Part shown: piece after piece, positions 22,150-34,831 of the stretch
Numbering within the stretch: the stretch's first letter is position 1
Layout of the letters: every line of letters begins with the position of its first letter
Assembly: GCA_001687465.1 (NCBI GenBank)
Contig: LVLI01000643.1
Coordinates: 62,001 to 105,800 of the forward strand
Direction of reading: 5' to 3'
Source of the DNA: Halocafeteria seosinensis
Lineage: Eukaryota
DNA length: 43,800 nucleotides
Translations under genes and position numbers: made by a program
The notes under the pieces: model-generated
Told to the model about the DNA's origin: nothing
Databases searched by the model: none
The model's input: the letters and a program-made list of their open reading frames with translations, nothing else

Positions 22150-24404
22150 ATGGGGTGCGTAAATTCAGTTGAAGCCAAGGACAACAAAGCCCCAGATGAG
22201 CCTCCACGGGAGGTCATGCACTCTATGTCGGGGCACAAGCACTTTCGGTCACAACTGGTGAGGAACTCCAGCGCCTCATGGCAAGACCGGTACGACAAGG
22301 AAAGCGAACTGGGATACGGTATGACGGGAAAGGTGTACCTCGTGAGAGATCGCATTACTGGCGAGCGTTTCGCCCTTAAATGCCTGGAAGCAAATAAATT
22401 TGATTCCGACTTGATTGGGGATTTAGTTAATGAAATCGAACTCTTGAAAACCGTAAGTTTACTTTTCAAATAGGAACTGGCTTTGCTTTCCACTCTCTGC
22501 TTCTTTGATTATGCACTCACAGTTAGATCATCCTAATGTGATCAAACTTTACGAATTTTATTATGACGGCGAGAGCATGGAAAACAGCAATAACATTTAC
22601 TTGGTAATGGAACTCTGCGAAGGTGGCGAGCTATTCGAGAGACTGCATGCGCAGAAAGGGAAACATTACACGGAAGCACGAGCCGCGCATATTGTGTATA
22701 TGATGTTGTCAGCGGTTGCATACTGCCACAGCTGTGGTATATCACATCGTGATTTAAAGTAAGCGGGCGTGTTTACGGTTGCCAATTCCTCGTTTCAAGC
22801 ATTGCTAAATTGTAATCTTTGCAACAGGCTTGAAAACTTCCTCTTCGAAAGTAAGAGCGAAGATGCGAATCTGAAATTAATCGACTTCGGACTTAGCAGC
22901 AAATACGGTGCTACATTCCGAAGGATGCACACCATGGTCGGTACTCCTTACTACATTGCGCCTGAGATATTGGGAAGTTCTTCCAAAGGCTATACCAATG
23001 CCTGCGATATGTGGAGTGTGGGGGTGATAGCGTATATGCTTCTCTCTGGTACTCCTCCTTTCAAGGGTCGCCACGACAATGAAGTTCTATCAAGTGTGAA
23101 GCGAGGGAAATATACGCTTAGTGGTCGGCGATGGCAGCACGTCAGCGAGGATGCAAAGAACTTTATCCGTAAGTGTCTCGTGTACAATCCGAAGAAACGG
23201 TATAAAGCGCATGAGGCATTGGACGATCCGTGGATGACCCACTATCGCGATATTCGTCGTAGGAGTAATAATAGTCATGTATTGGATCCCGAGATAACGA
23301 GCTCCCTTAGGGCTTTTGCGCACTTTTCCTCTCTGAAGCGGACTGCCTTGCAAGCCATTGCGTTCCAGATGAGTGCGAACAATTTGCAAAAACTGCGTGA
23401 TGTGTTTTTGGATATGGACGAGGACAAAACTGGACTCCTTACCCTCCAAGAAATGAAACACGCATTGGTGAGTAGAGCAGGTATGTCCGAAGACGAGGTG
23501 GAGACTATATTCCGAGATGTGGACGCTACGAATGAACACACAATTAGCTACAATGAATTTTTGGCGGCTACGTTGTCAGAAAGGTTATACATGAGAGAGG
23601 AATATATCCACGCCGCCTTCTACAGGTAAGCCCCATGCCTTCGAAATTGTAGGTAAGATGCACTATGCTAGACTACTGTGCTGTGTTACGAGCTGCAGAC
23701 TGGACGTAGATCACACTGGTTTTATCAGTGTTGAAAATCTTAACGATATACTAGGAGATGACTTTTCTCCGGAAAAGGCAGATCAGATGATAAGAGAGGC
23801 TGACAAAAAGGGTGACGGTCAAATAGATTATGAGGAGTTTCTTGCTTTGTTCAGAAACGAGACTGCAAACCTCATCAGCCCGTCGAAACAAGCTGGACGA
23901 TCTGCAGGAGTGGAAGACACTGCAGTGAACGAATTCGTGGGGCCAGCTGTGGAAGAAACAGATAGTATTGTGCTCGAAGGTGGCCCGAGCATGAGCTCCA
24001 TGGGCAGTCTTCCTACGGTTAGTGAAGGGGGCACTCCGAAGGTTAATGGCAGCGAAGTCGACGATTCGGATACTGAGCATGCCTCTTCGGATGAAGTGGA
24101 GCTGAGCGTTCCAGAGAAAAGCGATGCGAATGGTGCATCGAGTACTCATCAACCCCCAACGCAAACGGCTAAACAATCATCGCCGAAAAATGCGAAGTCA
24201 GGGGGATACAAGCCATCACCTTTGAGGCATGGTCGGAAGGTGTCTGAATTTTCGAATACGAAAAAGAGCAGTGAGTCGAATTTAGCGGCTGTGCCCGAAA
24301 AACAACGGGTACCCGAAGAAAGCCCGGAAAAGGACGCGAATGGTCAAGGCACTCGCGTTTCTAAGGAACCTGAAAGGGGGCCTAAATCCGCCGTCGCGCA
24401 GTGA
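22150..24404 (+). CDS. Calcium-dependent protein kinase (CDPK), 4 exons
   Basis: Exons 22150-22452, 22523-22758, 22828-23625, 23699-24404. N-terminal MGC acylation motif, kinase motifs LGYGMTGKV, HRDLKLENFLF, DFG and GTPYYIAPE, junction SLRAFAHFSSLKRTAL, and four EF-hand-like loops. Confidence 0.95.
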
Positions 24405-24495
24405 TGTCTTGAGGACTTTGAAGACATCCAACGTAGCATAGATTCTTACGCTTGCAACTATTCTATATCTTTAAAACGGTGTATAGTATGCCTTG

Positions 24496-26082
24496 TTAGC
24501 TTTCCTTTAAGACTTCAAGAATATCACTTTTGCTGATACGAACGTCATGACTTAACTTCGAAGCCATTATAGGATTGCCTAACGCGTTTGGTTCTGTCTC
24601 TGCCGCTGAAGATATTCTTTCGAAGTCCGCGTCCGTAAAATCCTCATCCTCTAAACGAGGCGGAACTTCTTGGGGCAACAAGGCTTCCCACAGCGTTTTC
24701 TTGAACGTTTCAAGGCATTCAATGACCCCTCCAGTGTCGCTGCCGCGACCGTAGAATATGCTCTTGAGGGTTTCAAATTCTTGAAGTATCTCATCAGCTG
24801 CCTCGTTGTCCTGTTCCTCTAATTTGTCCACTGTCAGTTTCAATAAATTGATCCACACTGAAGACATCACGGTGTTATAATCAATAGTATATCGGCCCAC
24901 CGTAGCCAACGATACAGCACGCGAGAGGCCACCTGGCCCCGTTTCCATTACTGCGCTAGAACATAGACTAGCTGCACCCAACATTGCGGCTCCTCGAATG
25001 TCAAGATGCCTGACCTCCTGCAAGTGCGTAGCAGCTTCTAAAATGTAACGAATTCCGAAAATTGATATCCTCTTGCTGGCTTCAGTAGCAAAGATACTCA
25101 TGTATGCTTCAACGCAGTGACACAACATGCTTTCAACTGATGCACTCAAGACTCGCAACGGGAGGGTCAAAAACAGTTGCGGATCAACTACCAACATTTG
25201 AAACGATCCCGGCTTAGGATTAAGCTGAAATGTAGTTTCATGCTTAAATATCACGTAAGCGTCTCTCCGGAGTTCGGCACTACTAGGACATGTAGGCACT
25301 ATGAGGAGAGGTGAAGAAAGATGTTCAATCGCCTTCACCTTATCGGGACCCTGGAGCTCTTCTGAGTATTCCCATGGCTCGTGCTCATTGGAAGAAGTTA
25401 GGGCCAATCCTTTGCTCATCTCTATCACGCCTCCACCCCCGACAGCGACTATATATTCAACCCCTGTACGCCGGACGAGGTTGTTGGCGGACATGATACT
25501 GTCGGTTGTAGGGGAATTGTCAGGCAATGGGAAGACGAGTGGTTTTTGCCCGGTCTGAAAAATCGACGCGATCACATGAAGAGCCTTGGCTTTACAGTAT
25601 CCTTTGTTAGAAAAAGCGTACCTTGCGTAGGAAATGTAGTACTTTCTGAACCCTATCTGTCGATTCCGCGTTAGCTGAACAGACCACAAGGCACTTTCCA
25701 GTTAAACTAGCTTCCGAGCAATATCGGCCTATCTGCATACAATACACTCTTCACCCTTTCCGTCGATCTCTGGAAAGGTCCGAATCACCCAGATACTTAC
25801 ATCTCTTGTGATATCGTCCGCCATGTGGAATGGGACAGACGAGCAGGACTGGAGTTTTTCCCGAAGCTCCTGTATGCCTTGTTGTGTCATGACGTCCGGG
25901 AGAGGTTCTCCCTGAGCTGACGCGCTTGAATCCACTACGGTATTCACGAACCTTTTGGGATGAGTCCCCCTGGGTAACAGGGGGAAAGGCTTGTGTATAT
26001 AAGAGCCATGGAGCATTAAAGGGCTGCTTCTTCGCAGTGCATGGCGGTATCCCAGCGATAACAGCGGCATCTTCAACACCAT
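24496..26082 (-). CDS. Iron-containing alcohol dehydrogenase-fold protein with putative mitochondrial presequence, probably catalytically degenerate, 3 exons
   Basis: Exons 26082-25801, 25732-25622, 25554-24496. Motifs IVAVGGGGVIEMSKG, LLIVPT, LVVDPQLFLTLP, LCHCVEAYMS and C-terminal GNP follow the group III ADH order. The start could be the next Met (MPLLS). Confidence 0.82.
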
Positions 26083-26343
26083 TCCAGTGACTCTAACATT
26101 CAAATATACACTTTTAACGACCGACCGACAACCGACTACCTATACAAACACGCTCTGAATCAGTCATGAATACCTAGACAATCCAAAATTTTCTGTGAAG
26201 TTTAGCTTCACAGTATTCAAGGGGTATGTACATTCAATAGTACTACATTGTACATTATCTAAGACCTTTTGGGGGTCCGTGGGGATTTTTCCCTCGATCT
26301 GAGCACTATTGTTTTCGCCAAAAGTGAAAACGAGAACAGAATG

Positions 26344-27858
26344 TCAACTCTCGGAAAAGCTCCGGGAGAATGACTGGAGCTTCTCTTCAATACTGGAAAG
26401 CTCTCCCAAACTCGCGCGAGATATAAGAGCCATCCGCTCCTTGAATTGTTCCCGAATTTGCTTCCGCTTCTCAGAGGAAGAGCTATTCCGGGTGTTTTCC
26501 TCCGTAGGTACGCCCTTTGAACGGGGAATATCCGCCCCGCAGCTCATCTCGCCAGACTCATGGTGAAGCGAAGAATCGAGTATTGAATTCCAGGGTACAA
26601 GCAGAGAGGAGTTTTGTTCATCTCTCCTTTCCAAGTACTTCTGAAGAGTGTCCTCCAATAGAGAACACGAACCGACGAACTCCTCTTCGAAGAGTTCAAG
26701 GGACCGTCCGATCTCCCTTCGACAACCGTGAACCTGATCCCGACAACGCCGGGCGCTACCCAACACAGATGAGCTTTTACTTATCCGTTGTAGTCTCTTC
26801 TTCTTATTCTTTTCTTCAAATTTTATCTCGTTGTGGAGCATAACGTTAGACTGATGCTCCAACGCATCCGTTAGTTGAGAAACAGAATCCAAAAGAAATT
26901 CGAACACTTGCCGATACTGAGGATCACTTGCATTAACATGCATTTTTGCTTCTTCGCAGTAAGCAGCCATACTTCGGCTAAATGCTAAGGCAGGGTTGTG
27001 CTCAGTTGAATGTTGAGGTAGCAGCTGATCGTTGGGCTGACACGCGATTTGTCTTACTAGCGCTTTGGGATCTCCCTTCTTTGTCCGGAACCTTCCTCGA
27101 GACTTGGACAGGTTTTTCGCAGCCTGCCGAGACAGCTCGCGGATTTGCTGAGATGAGAGATATAACTGCAGATTAAAACTTGAGCTATGGTTATCTTGCG
27201 GGTTATGTTCAGCTCGCCTACCACTTTCTCTCCTAGTCTTATCCATTCCACCATCACTTTGCTCCAGCGGTGTATCCTGTAGCACCTCTGATCCAAACGT
27301 CATGCGGGGGTTGACAGGTTTGTCGATTTGCAGTAACGGGCTCCATTCTCTTCCGCTGCCCACTCGGGTGTCTATACCTCCACTTGACTCGGAGCTTCTA
27401 CGGTTCTTCTGCGAATGCACACTTGGTCTCCCGTTCAACGCCGATTGGTTGGATGACAAATTGCCTTTGGTAGTCTCTGTCACAGTCATTCCGCTCTCGG
27501 AGAGCTGCTTATTCCCTGTTGGTTCCCTTCTTCTATTACCATTGGCATCCTGAAGGACGTGGAAAGACGAGTCAGAGAGAAAACTTGTAGCTTCGCTGCC
27601 GGTAGCGTCGAAACTGCGTCGTCCTTGGGACCTCCAGGCCCGTAGTGCTTCCAACCGTGAGCTTGAAACACCAGGTTCATTTTCATCCTGACCTCGTCTA
27701 TTGTTTCGCCGCTCCCAACGCGTAGAGTCTTCTTGATTAGGGACCGATACCGTCGAACTCTCCTCGATTCTACTGGTATGGGCTTCGGACGTTGTCGTAC
27801 AGAAAGACGCTTCCTCCCACGTCGGCAAGTGTAAGTCCAGCTCCTCTTTGGAAGCCAT
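26344..27858 (-). CDS. Hypothetical protein with Ser/Arg-rich disordered N-half and helical C-half, single exon
   Basis: 530-codon open frame (26344-27936). The likely ATG is at 27858 (MASKEELDLHLPTWEE). No family recognised. Confidence 0.7.
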   Translation of the reverse strand: MASKEELDLHLPTWEEASFCTTTSEAHTSRIEESSTVSVPNQEDSTRWERRNNRRGQDENEPGVSSSRLEALRAWRSQGRRSFDATGSEATSFLSDSSFHVLQDANGNRRREPTGNKQLSESGMTVTETTKGNLSSNQSALNGRPSVHSQKNRRSSESSGGIDTRVGSGREWSPLLQIDKPVNPRMTFGSEVLQDTPLEQSDGGMDKTRRESGRRAEHNPQDNHSSSFNLQLYLSSQQIRELSRQAAKNLSKSRGRFRTKKGDPKALVRQIACQPNDQLLPQHSTEHNPALAFSRSMAAYCEEAKMHVNASDPQYRQVFEFLLDSVSQLTDALEHQSNVMLHNEIKFEEKNKKKRLQRISKSSSVLGSARRCRDQVHGCRREIGRSLELFEEEFVGSCSLLEDTLQKYLERRDEQNSSLLVPWNSILDSSLHHESGEMSCGADIPRSKGVPTEENTRNSSSSEKRKQIREQFKERMALISRASLGELSSIEEKLQSFSRSFSES

Positions 27859-28462
27859 TTTTATCCGAATTCCCAACTTGTGCCCTCCAATGATACTCTT
27901 ACATTCTCTAGCGTCTTGCATCAAGTTGTATGTCACTATGTATAGAGTGTTAACAGTGTGATTATCGCTTAACGTCCTAAGTTCACAAACACAGTTTGAA
28001 ACACTTCACAAGTTGTTGGGTGGGAATTGTACCAGCGGCAACACAAGACCGGTGGAATATTAATATGACTGGGCGATTTCCGTGATAATTTGGGAGACAT
28101 GTCTATACAGAAACGCTTTTGAAAGTGGAGGAAGGTTTCTTCCAAAGTAATATAGAGGCGTGTTACATCGATCACTGAAGGTGGCACACTAGCAGGATAG
28201 TCTCAATTCACCATTGTTGCATTTTCGCCTCGATCTCTATGACGATGTAACCAAAGAATCCCAGGGTTGTGTTAATAGACACGAAATTACTATCGTAATG
28301 TGCAATGTTTGCGGGTAAGCTGACTTCCACCTGCTGCCTCCAACCGAGGTTAAGGACCTTACCCAACGGTATATTACCCAAGCAAGAGTGTATGCAGTGC
28401 CAGCACTACTCGATATTATCTTACTTCCTGCAAACACACGCACAGTGTAGTGTTTGTATACC

Positions 28463-30500
28463 TCATTTCTTGCCCCATGCTCCCATCTCCACTTGTGCAC
28501 CGCCGTGAGACGCAACAGATTTTTCAGCTGCTTGGCGATTCTTTTGCGCATCACCCCGTATTTTTTCCTGCAGCATTTGGCGATGAGCTTTGTCACTCGG
28601 ACACGAGGCCTGCATGCGTACATAGAGACAATATCTTCTGATAGTTCTTCCTCGAACAACGATTCGACACTACTTACGAAGTAGATTGCGGCTAGCAACG
28701 CTATTACAAGCAACGCGATGATGAAGGCGTTGCTATCAAAGAAGTACGTAAAAAACCGCATGTATCTCATCTGCACACTGAATATCACTTGGGCATCCGT
28801 AAGGCGAGCATATTGAGAAAATGCGTCAGCCGCGAACTGCACTACCGGTAATGCTGTGAGTAGGATCAGGCCAACATTGAACAAAAAGCTATTGATCAAC
28901 GTCTTCTGTGGAGTCATCGGATGAATCTTGATCAGGAAAAAGCGGGATCCAAACTTCGTATTTCCTTTTATTGTAGCAAGCGTCAGGTATACGGTGAAAA
29001 ACGTTACGAACACAGTTCCCAGGAACGGGAACCACGTGTCGAACCACAACAGGAAATCGTTCAAGAACGTTGTGGGCGGCTCTGGGATTAGCATGAAAAT
29101 AATTATATGAATGATCCATAGTAATGAGACAATTATGGAGAAGATACCCCACGCTAATTTCAGCCAGGGGATGATAGGATTGTAATAGTCCTTGTAGCTA
29201 GTTGGTTCGCACATTTGGTACTCCTCTACATCATTTTCAAGAGCTTCCACTAGCAGCCGAAATTTGTTGATTTCCTGGGTCTCAGTTCGCTTAAATTTTC
29301 TTCTTTGAGACCGAGTGCTTGCCGATTGATGAAACTCCTGTAAAGATGAAGCAAATGGTGTTAATAGTTGGAGAAAACCCAGAACACGTCCTATATTTAT
29401 CGTGCATCTTACCACAATAGACTTCGCAATGTCATTTCCTGTCTGGATCAGCCGTTGAGTTTGATCGCGTAGGGTATTTCTCCTAAGCTTAGCCTGTTTC
29501 GCAGTCAGTAATCGCGGACGGTATCGGAATGCGCTGTAATACAGAACATTGGCACCTATCTCCAAAGCGTGAACATATGCATGTGGTATTTCATGACTCA
29601 CTTTATGCCATCAATTGGCAGACCAACAAGTCCGATACCGGCGTAAATCACAAAAATAAACCAGCCGACAAAAGAGAGCAACGTTGCCAGGTAAATGACG
29701 AACGAAACTTCCATATCAAGGTTGGCTCCCTCGAAATTGCATTCGCCTCCGCAAGGATCCGGTGCACTTCCACTTGAGACAGATTGCCAGACGGAGGAAT
29801 CGCCCACAGACACTGTCACCCCATCAAACGGGATCTTCGTTTCGTTTAAGAAGAAGAAACTAATCACCAATACAAGCAAGGAGATCACGAGCGTGATTCC
29901 TGTGTAACAGACTGCCGAGGTAAAAGAAGCCCTGCAGTTTTTGCAATCCATACATCGATTGACCGGTTGTTCTTCGTTTCTCTGCTTGGCTCCCATCCCT
30001 TCATCGTCGGCTTCGTAGAAGAATATGTTGAAGGGAATAATTATGACCACCATGACCGCCACGGCGACATACACGATGCTCCACGCAACACTCAGATCTA
30101 AGCCGCCACAAGCATCATTGAAGGAATCACACCCGACGACACCCGTGTTATTTCCCTGTACAAACATACCATAAACAAGGCATAGTACTTACACGGTGAT
30201 GAAGCAAGCATCATCGCTTAAATTGCCACGTACAACATCCAAGGGGAGCAGTAAAATGGTACCCTCCGCCAGGAGAAGCCCCAGTAGCTGCATCGAAACA
30301 ATGAAATATCATAGACACATTCTTTCAAGGCAGTAATCCATCAAAGGTGGACTGAAAAATCTACATACAATCCATGCTTTGGCCACATGATGCCCTTTCG
30401 CATGCTCTGGATCAATGTATTTCCCCAAAAACACAAAATTCGCGAAACAGAGGATGACGGGCACCACTATGGTGAGGACGATTAGCCAAACGTCCACCAT
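28463..30500 (-). CDS. LIMR / LMBR1-like membrane protein, 6 exons
   Basis: Exons 30500-30369, 30287-30234, 30155-29602, 29533-29413, 29337-28678, 28609-28463. Family motifs LLPLDVGN, IIPFNIFFYEAD, YAGIGLVGLPID..NAFRYRP, KIHPMTPQKTLINSFLFNVGL and VQFAADAFSQYA. Confidence 0.9.
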
Positions 30501-31518
30501 CGCTCTTTCCTCAGGTGCTCCTGGAAGTGATTAGGTGTACTTTTGGCAGGTAAAAGATGCATAAAGCCATCCAAGGCAACGAACAACTGCAAGAAAAGCC
30601 CTCTTTTCTGGCTTTTCCCCGGGGAATCTCCTCGAAACAAGCAAAGGAATTCAAGGGGAAAGGGGAGAACAAAGTATTGTACAGCCCGTATTTTACCTTC
30701 TATACTCGTATAAACCTCTATACACACACAACATGTACCTCAAGGGGTCAATTCTGAAGCTCCGATCCAATAGAAAACAATCTTTTCGCACACCATTGTG
30801 GAAGAGGAATCTGTCACAGGAATGGTCTGGAATCCAACAAGGTTTGTCGAGATCTTCAACAGGCACTCAGAATATATTCAGGGAACTCGAGCATTAGCGT
30901 GAATAGTACTGGATGAATCTGGTCGTGCAACAAAGAAGATGAACATGGAGTGGCTCTCCGCATTCTTCAAGTATTGTGTTCATTACACAGAACACTAGTC
31001 TATAACAAGGTAAGGAAGTGTCAAATAGTATACAAGGTTACCATGTACCGTGTTGACTACGGCCTATTGAACGTCGAAGGAGAACTAGTTCAGGGAATTG
31101 AACGATATTGTAGCCGGTTGCATCTTCTTCTCAGGTGGTGAGGAGCTGGTATGTCTTGACCTTCAGTCCATATGCACAAGTAATACACTCTAGCGGTTAT
31201 TTCACTTTTTACGAAGCTAAACGGGTTTTTGTACGCCCAACAATGGCAGAGCGGTTCTACACAGTCCAATTTGTTGCAGCCTGCGCACGTACTTCAACTT
31301 CCTTACGCAAAGAAAATCTGGCGCATAATCGTTACGATGCAAACGTTGCTTTGTAGTATAAGCTCTAAGGTTGGGGTTGTCTTTCCAACATGGTGCCTAT
31401 ATAACAGAGTCTTTGTATGCACCACCCACTCCGTTATTTGTGCATCTGGCTACCCCTGGTATTGGACGTAACTGGGGCATTTTAACGTTAGCAACGGCCA
31501 TCCTTGGAGCATAGCACA

Positions 31519-34261
31519 ATGGCTGAAACAGTGAAACTCGATCTCAAGCGCGACAAGGTGAGTAGATAACCATTACCAAAGAGGACGTCATTGCTGTTGG
31601 GTATTATGCACTTGTCCTTACATTTCCAGGTGGATCAATTGGTGGAAACTTTGTCAAAGGAAACACAGGTATGGGCACCTGGATGAAACTGGGACCCTTC
31701 GCTGCTCATAAGGGAGATAATAATGCGCTTGCAGATAACTAAGAAGGCCCATCTTAAATCCCGTAACTATGAATACCATGGCCAATCTGAAAGTATGTAG
31801 TTACTGCGAGTGTTCTCCGGACATTTTTTTGGTCAAGTGACCGCTTTTTACAGGGCTTCCACGGGTAGGGGATATTGACAACTTGAATGATGAAGTTAGC
31901 GAAAGTGACGCAGGGCGCAAAGTTGCTCAAAGGGATTCAATCAAAGACTATGATCCTAACGAAGCTGCAAACAAGCTGTTCGAGGAGAAAAAACAACAAA
32001 TTATCGACCTCCGGGATCAAACAAGCGAACTTCAAAGTAAACTTAATGACACTCGGAAAGAATATGAAAAAGTTGCAGCGGAACTAGATTCGATGAGTTT
32101 TGAAGATGATGTAGAGGGACAACGCAAGGAAGGAGAAGAATATGTACGTCACAACTAGCAAAGCAGTATTGGCGTTATTATGGATGAGTGCAACATTTAC
32201 TCTTGTGCAGCTGGCGATGGAAACGGACTACTTAAATGATATCAAAGACCGTCATGAGAAAACTACCCTTTACTATTACACTCTGGAGCACATGTACAAG
32301 CGCCTACGAGATGATAAACATAAACATGTGGCCACGTTGAATGTAAGCACCAGCGGGTGAGATTTGTTACAGAATCAAAGTTAGTATGGAATACTTATTG
32401 CAGGCCTTCGAAGAAGCTCTGAGAGTTCAAAACCAAGAATACCACTTGCAAGAAAAACTATTGACTCAGGTCAACAAGGCAAAAATGGAGGAGCATAAGT
32501 CACTCCAACAGCTGAGGAGTCGAATCAAACAGCAACGAAAAGAAATTGAGAAAAAGATGGATGCTCGTCGACAAGAAGTACAAATCCGACAGAAGATGGC
32601 TCATGACAAGCAAAGAGCAGCTAAGAAAGAAGCAAAGTTGAACGCAAAAGCTCACGGAGATCTAACAGCCCAAGAGGAGAAGAAAATGAGACAGAAGCTC
32701 AGCGAATTAGAGACCGAAATGAAAGAAGTCTCTAGAGAACGTGCAGACATGACGGCCACAATGGATCAGTTCTACGAGCAATATACTCGGGTGAGAATGG
32801 CTGCCGGTGTAAGCGAACACCCTACAGAGAAGCCAGAAACTTCCAAGTCTCCCCACGGCGAGAATATGTCCATCCCTCCCCGTTCAGCAGCAACACGAAG
32901 GTGAGTTTTGAGCAAGTATACTTGCATATTAAACACGACCAAATCAGTAAAGTATGGTTTACAGAGGCCGGCGGAAAAGTACAGGATCTGTTGCAAGTGT
33001 CCAATCCCTCATGGCAGATTTGGGAGACTTGGACCTGAAGTCATTGGCGACTCCCGCTGCTCCAGCAGTAGTCGAGCGTTTCTTGGAGATGCAGCGAGAA
33101 CTGCAGTCTATTGAAAATCGTCTCTACGATCTTGGACAGAGGTATGAACACTTGCAAGAAGTGAAGCGTGTGCTGACTTCAATGCTGCAGCCACGTGCCA
33201 AAAGCGAGATAGATGAAAGAGATTTCCGCCGGGAAGAAAAAGAAGAATATATTGAGGAACGCGATGCTATCAAGCGAAAACTCGAACGCTCTCAAGAAGA
33301 ATTCGAAAAACTTCGAAATCTCAAAGTTCATTTTGATCAGAGTATCGGATCTCTGCATCATCGCGTGATGGCTTTGCGGACTCCGTACCTCGGAGCTATT
33401 GTTCCCGACGAGAAGACGCGGGAACAAAACACAGAGTGGAGCGTTGCAACTAATGTCAAGATACAAGAAGTGCATCAGAAGCTGGAATATGTACGTGAAG
33501 CCATTAACACGGCGGAGGGTGGTGGAGAAACGGAGGACGAAGAAGAGGATGAAGAGGAAGGAACCCATTCTGAGACCGATGGAAAAGAAGATACCCGCCC
33601 GTCAGTTTCCATTCCGCGGAAACCAGGTCCGTATCTTTCAGACCAGAAGACATTAGACAACACGATAGAGGCGATGCTAATGGGAAGTGAAACGGCCGTT
33701 CGGGTAAAAACAACTCGAGGACTGAGTAGGGGACAGCAAATCCCTAGTGCCATTATTCATAACGCAGCCCACAAATATACCCAGGCTCATTCGAAGATAT
33801 CGAAAAACTTGGAGTTTGGATCCAACTATGATGTTAATGGTGAAAACGCCAAGGAAGAGGCAAATGAAGGTGATACTCGAAAGTCAGAGGACAAAATTGG
33901 CGGCAAATTCAGCAAGGAATCGGTGATCCAGCGCAGGCGGAACTCGCGTATCGATATTCAGACTGCCCTCGCAAGTGCAGCCGCGGCAGCTGGTGATACA
34001 GAGGACGAGACCAATGAAAAGAAGAAAAAGAAACGAGGAATCCGGGCAGCAGATTTGACAAAGTATATTGCTTCCGCTGTCGACATGAGCGGTGCAGAAG
34101 TTGAGGAGTTTATGTTGGGACAGAAGGACGCAGATGAGGTTCCTCACAGAGATCGAATGAAGAAGGACGCCCACAAGATAGCGACAGACAAAGTTCGACG
34201 GCGACGTCTCCAAGAGCAGATCGAGAAAGCTTCCAAAGCCAGATCGCTGAATCCATTATAG
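31519..34261 (+). CDS. Outer dynein arm docking complex DC1-like (ODA3 / CCDC151 family) coiled-coil protein, 7 exons
   Basis: Exons 31519-31557, 31630-31668, 31735-31792, 31854-32143, 32211-32342, 32404-32900, 32965-34261 (about 780 aa). Segments KAKMEEHKSLQQLRSRIKQQRKEIEKKMDARRQEV, EQYTRVRMAAG and KLERSQEEFEKLRNLKVHFDQSIGSLHHRV are collinear with the Chlamydomonas DC1 pattern as I recall it. The gene model is strong and the family call moderate. Confidence 0.65.
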
Positions 34262-34411
34262 GACATGATTGACAACAATTACCACCTGAGTAACGGGTCG
34301 AAGTCACTCTCCATGTTCCTAGCATTCCTCACTCTACATACGCAAGAGCAAGAGCCGCTTGCAATATTTAACATCATCAATTACATTACACATTCACTGT
34401 TTTTCGTCTTG

Positions 34412-34831
34412 CTAGTAAATATGCACCTGCGTTGTCAAGCAGTACAGAGTCTAGCTTTGGTTTTAGCTTGTAGCGCGCTTTACAGTCCTTACCAGAGCAT
34501 ACAAAAGCGTCCAGAACAGTATGTAAGATATCAGCTCTTCTGTAAATCCACTTATGACGAAGTTCAATGGTTTTTCGCCAAAGTAAGAGAAGGTATCCCC
34601 CTTGCATAATAAAGCAACGACAGCTGACACGGTGAGCTGTGCTATGGCGTATAGTCCAAATCCGGCGACTCCAGTGACGCCCAGAATACCCGCGGCACAG
34701 GCAAATAAAATCGTTAATGCCATGCGTAGATACTTTGCCTTGTGTGTGTTTTTCCGTAGTTCTTCATGGCTGATTGTATCTCCTGGAGCTAGAAGTCGAT
34801 CCACAGAGTTCTGCTCAGCGGTAGGATTCAT
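34412..34831 (-). CDS. EMC6: ER membrane protein complex subunit 6, 2 exons
   Basis: Exons 34831-34493 and 34426-34412. Motifs ACAAGILGVTGVAGF and, after splicing, SYILFWTLLYALVHIY-stop, the characteristic EMC6 C-terminus. Confidence 0.93.

Noticed and set aside
28237..29601. 454-aa ORF taken as a stand-alone gene
   Set aside because: It is part of the spliced LIMR gene read through introns. The spliced model ends at 28463 in another frame.
30501..31518. Short ORFs in the LIMR / DC1-like divergent spacer
   Set aside because: All are 80 aa or less with no motifs and no consistent splice model, so I treated the region as promoter/UTR sequence.
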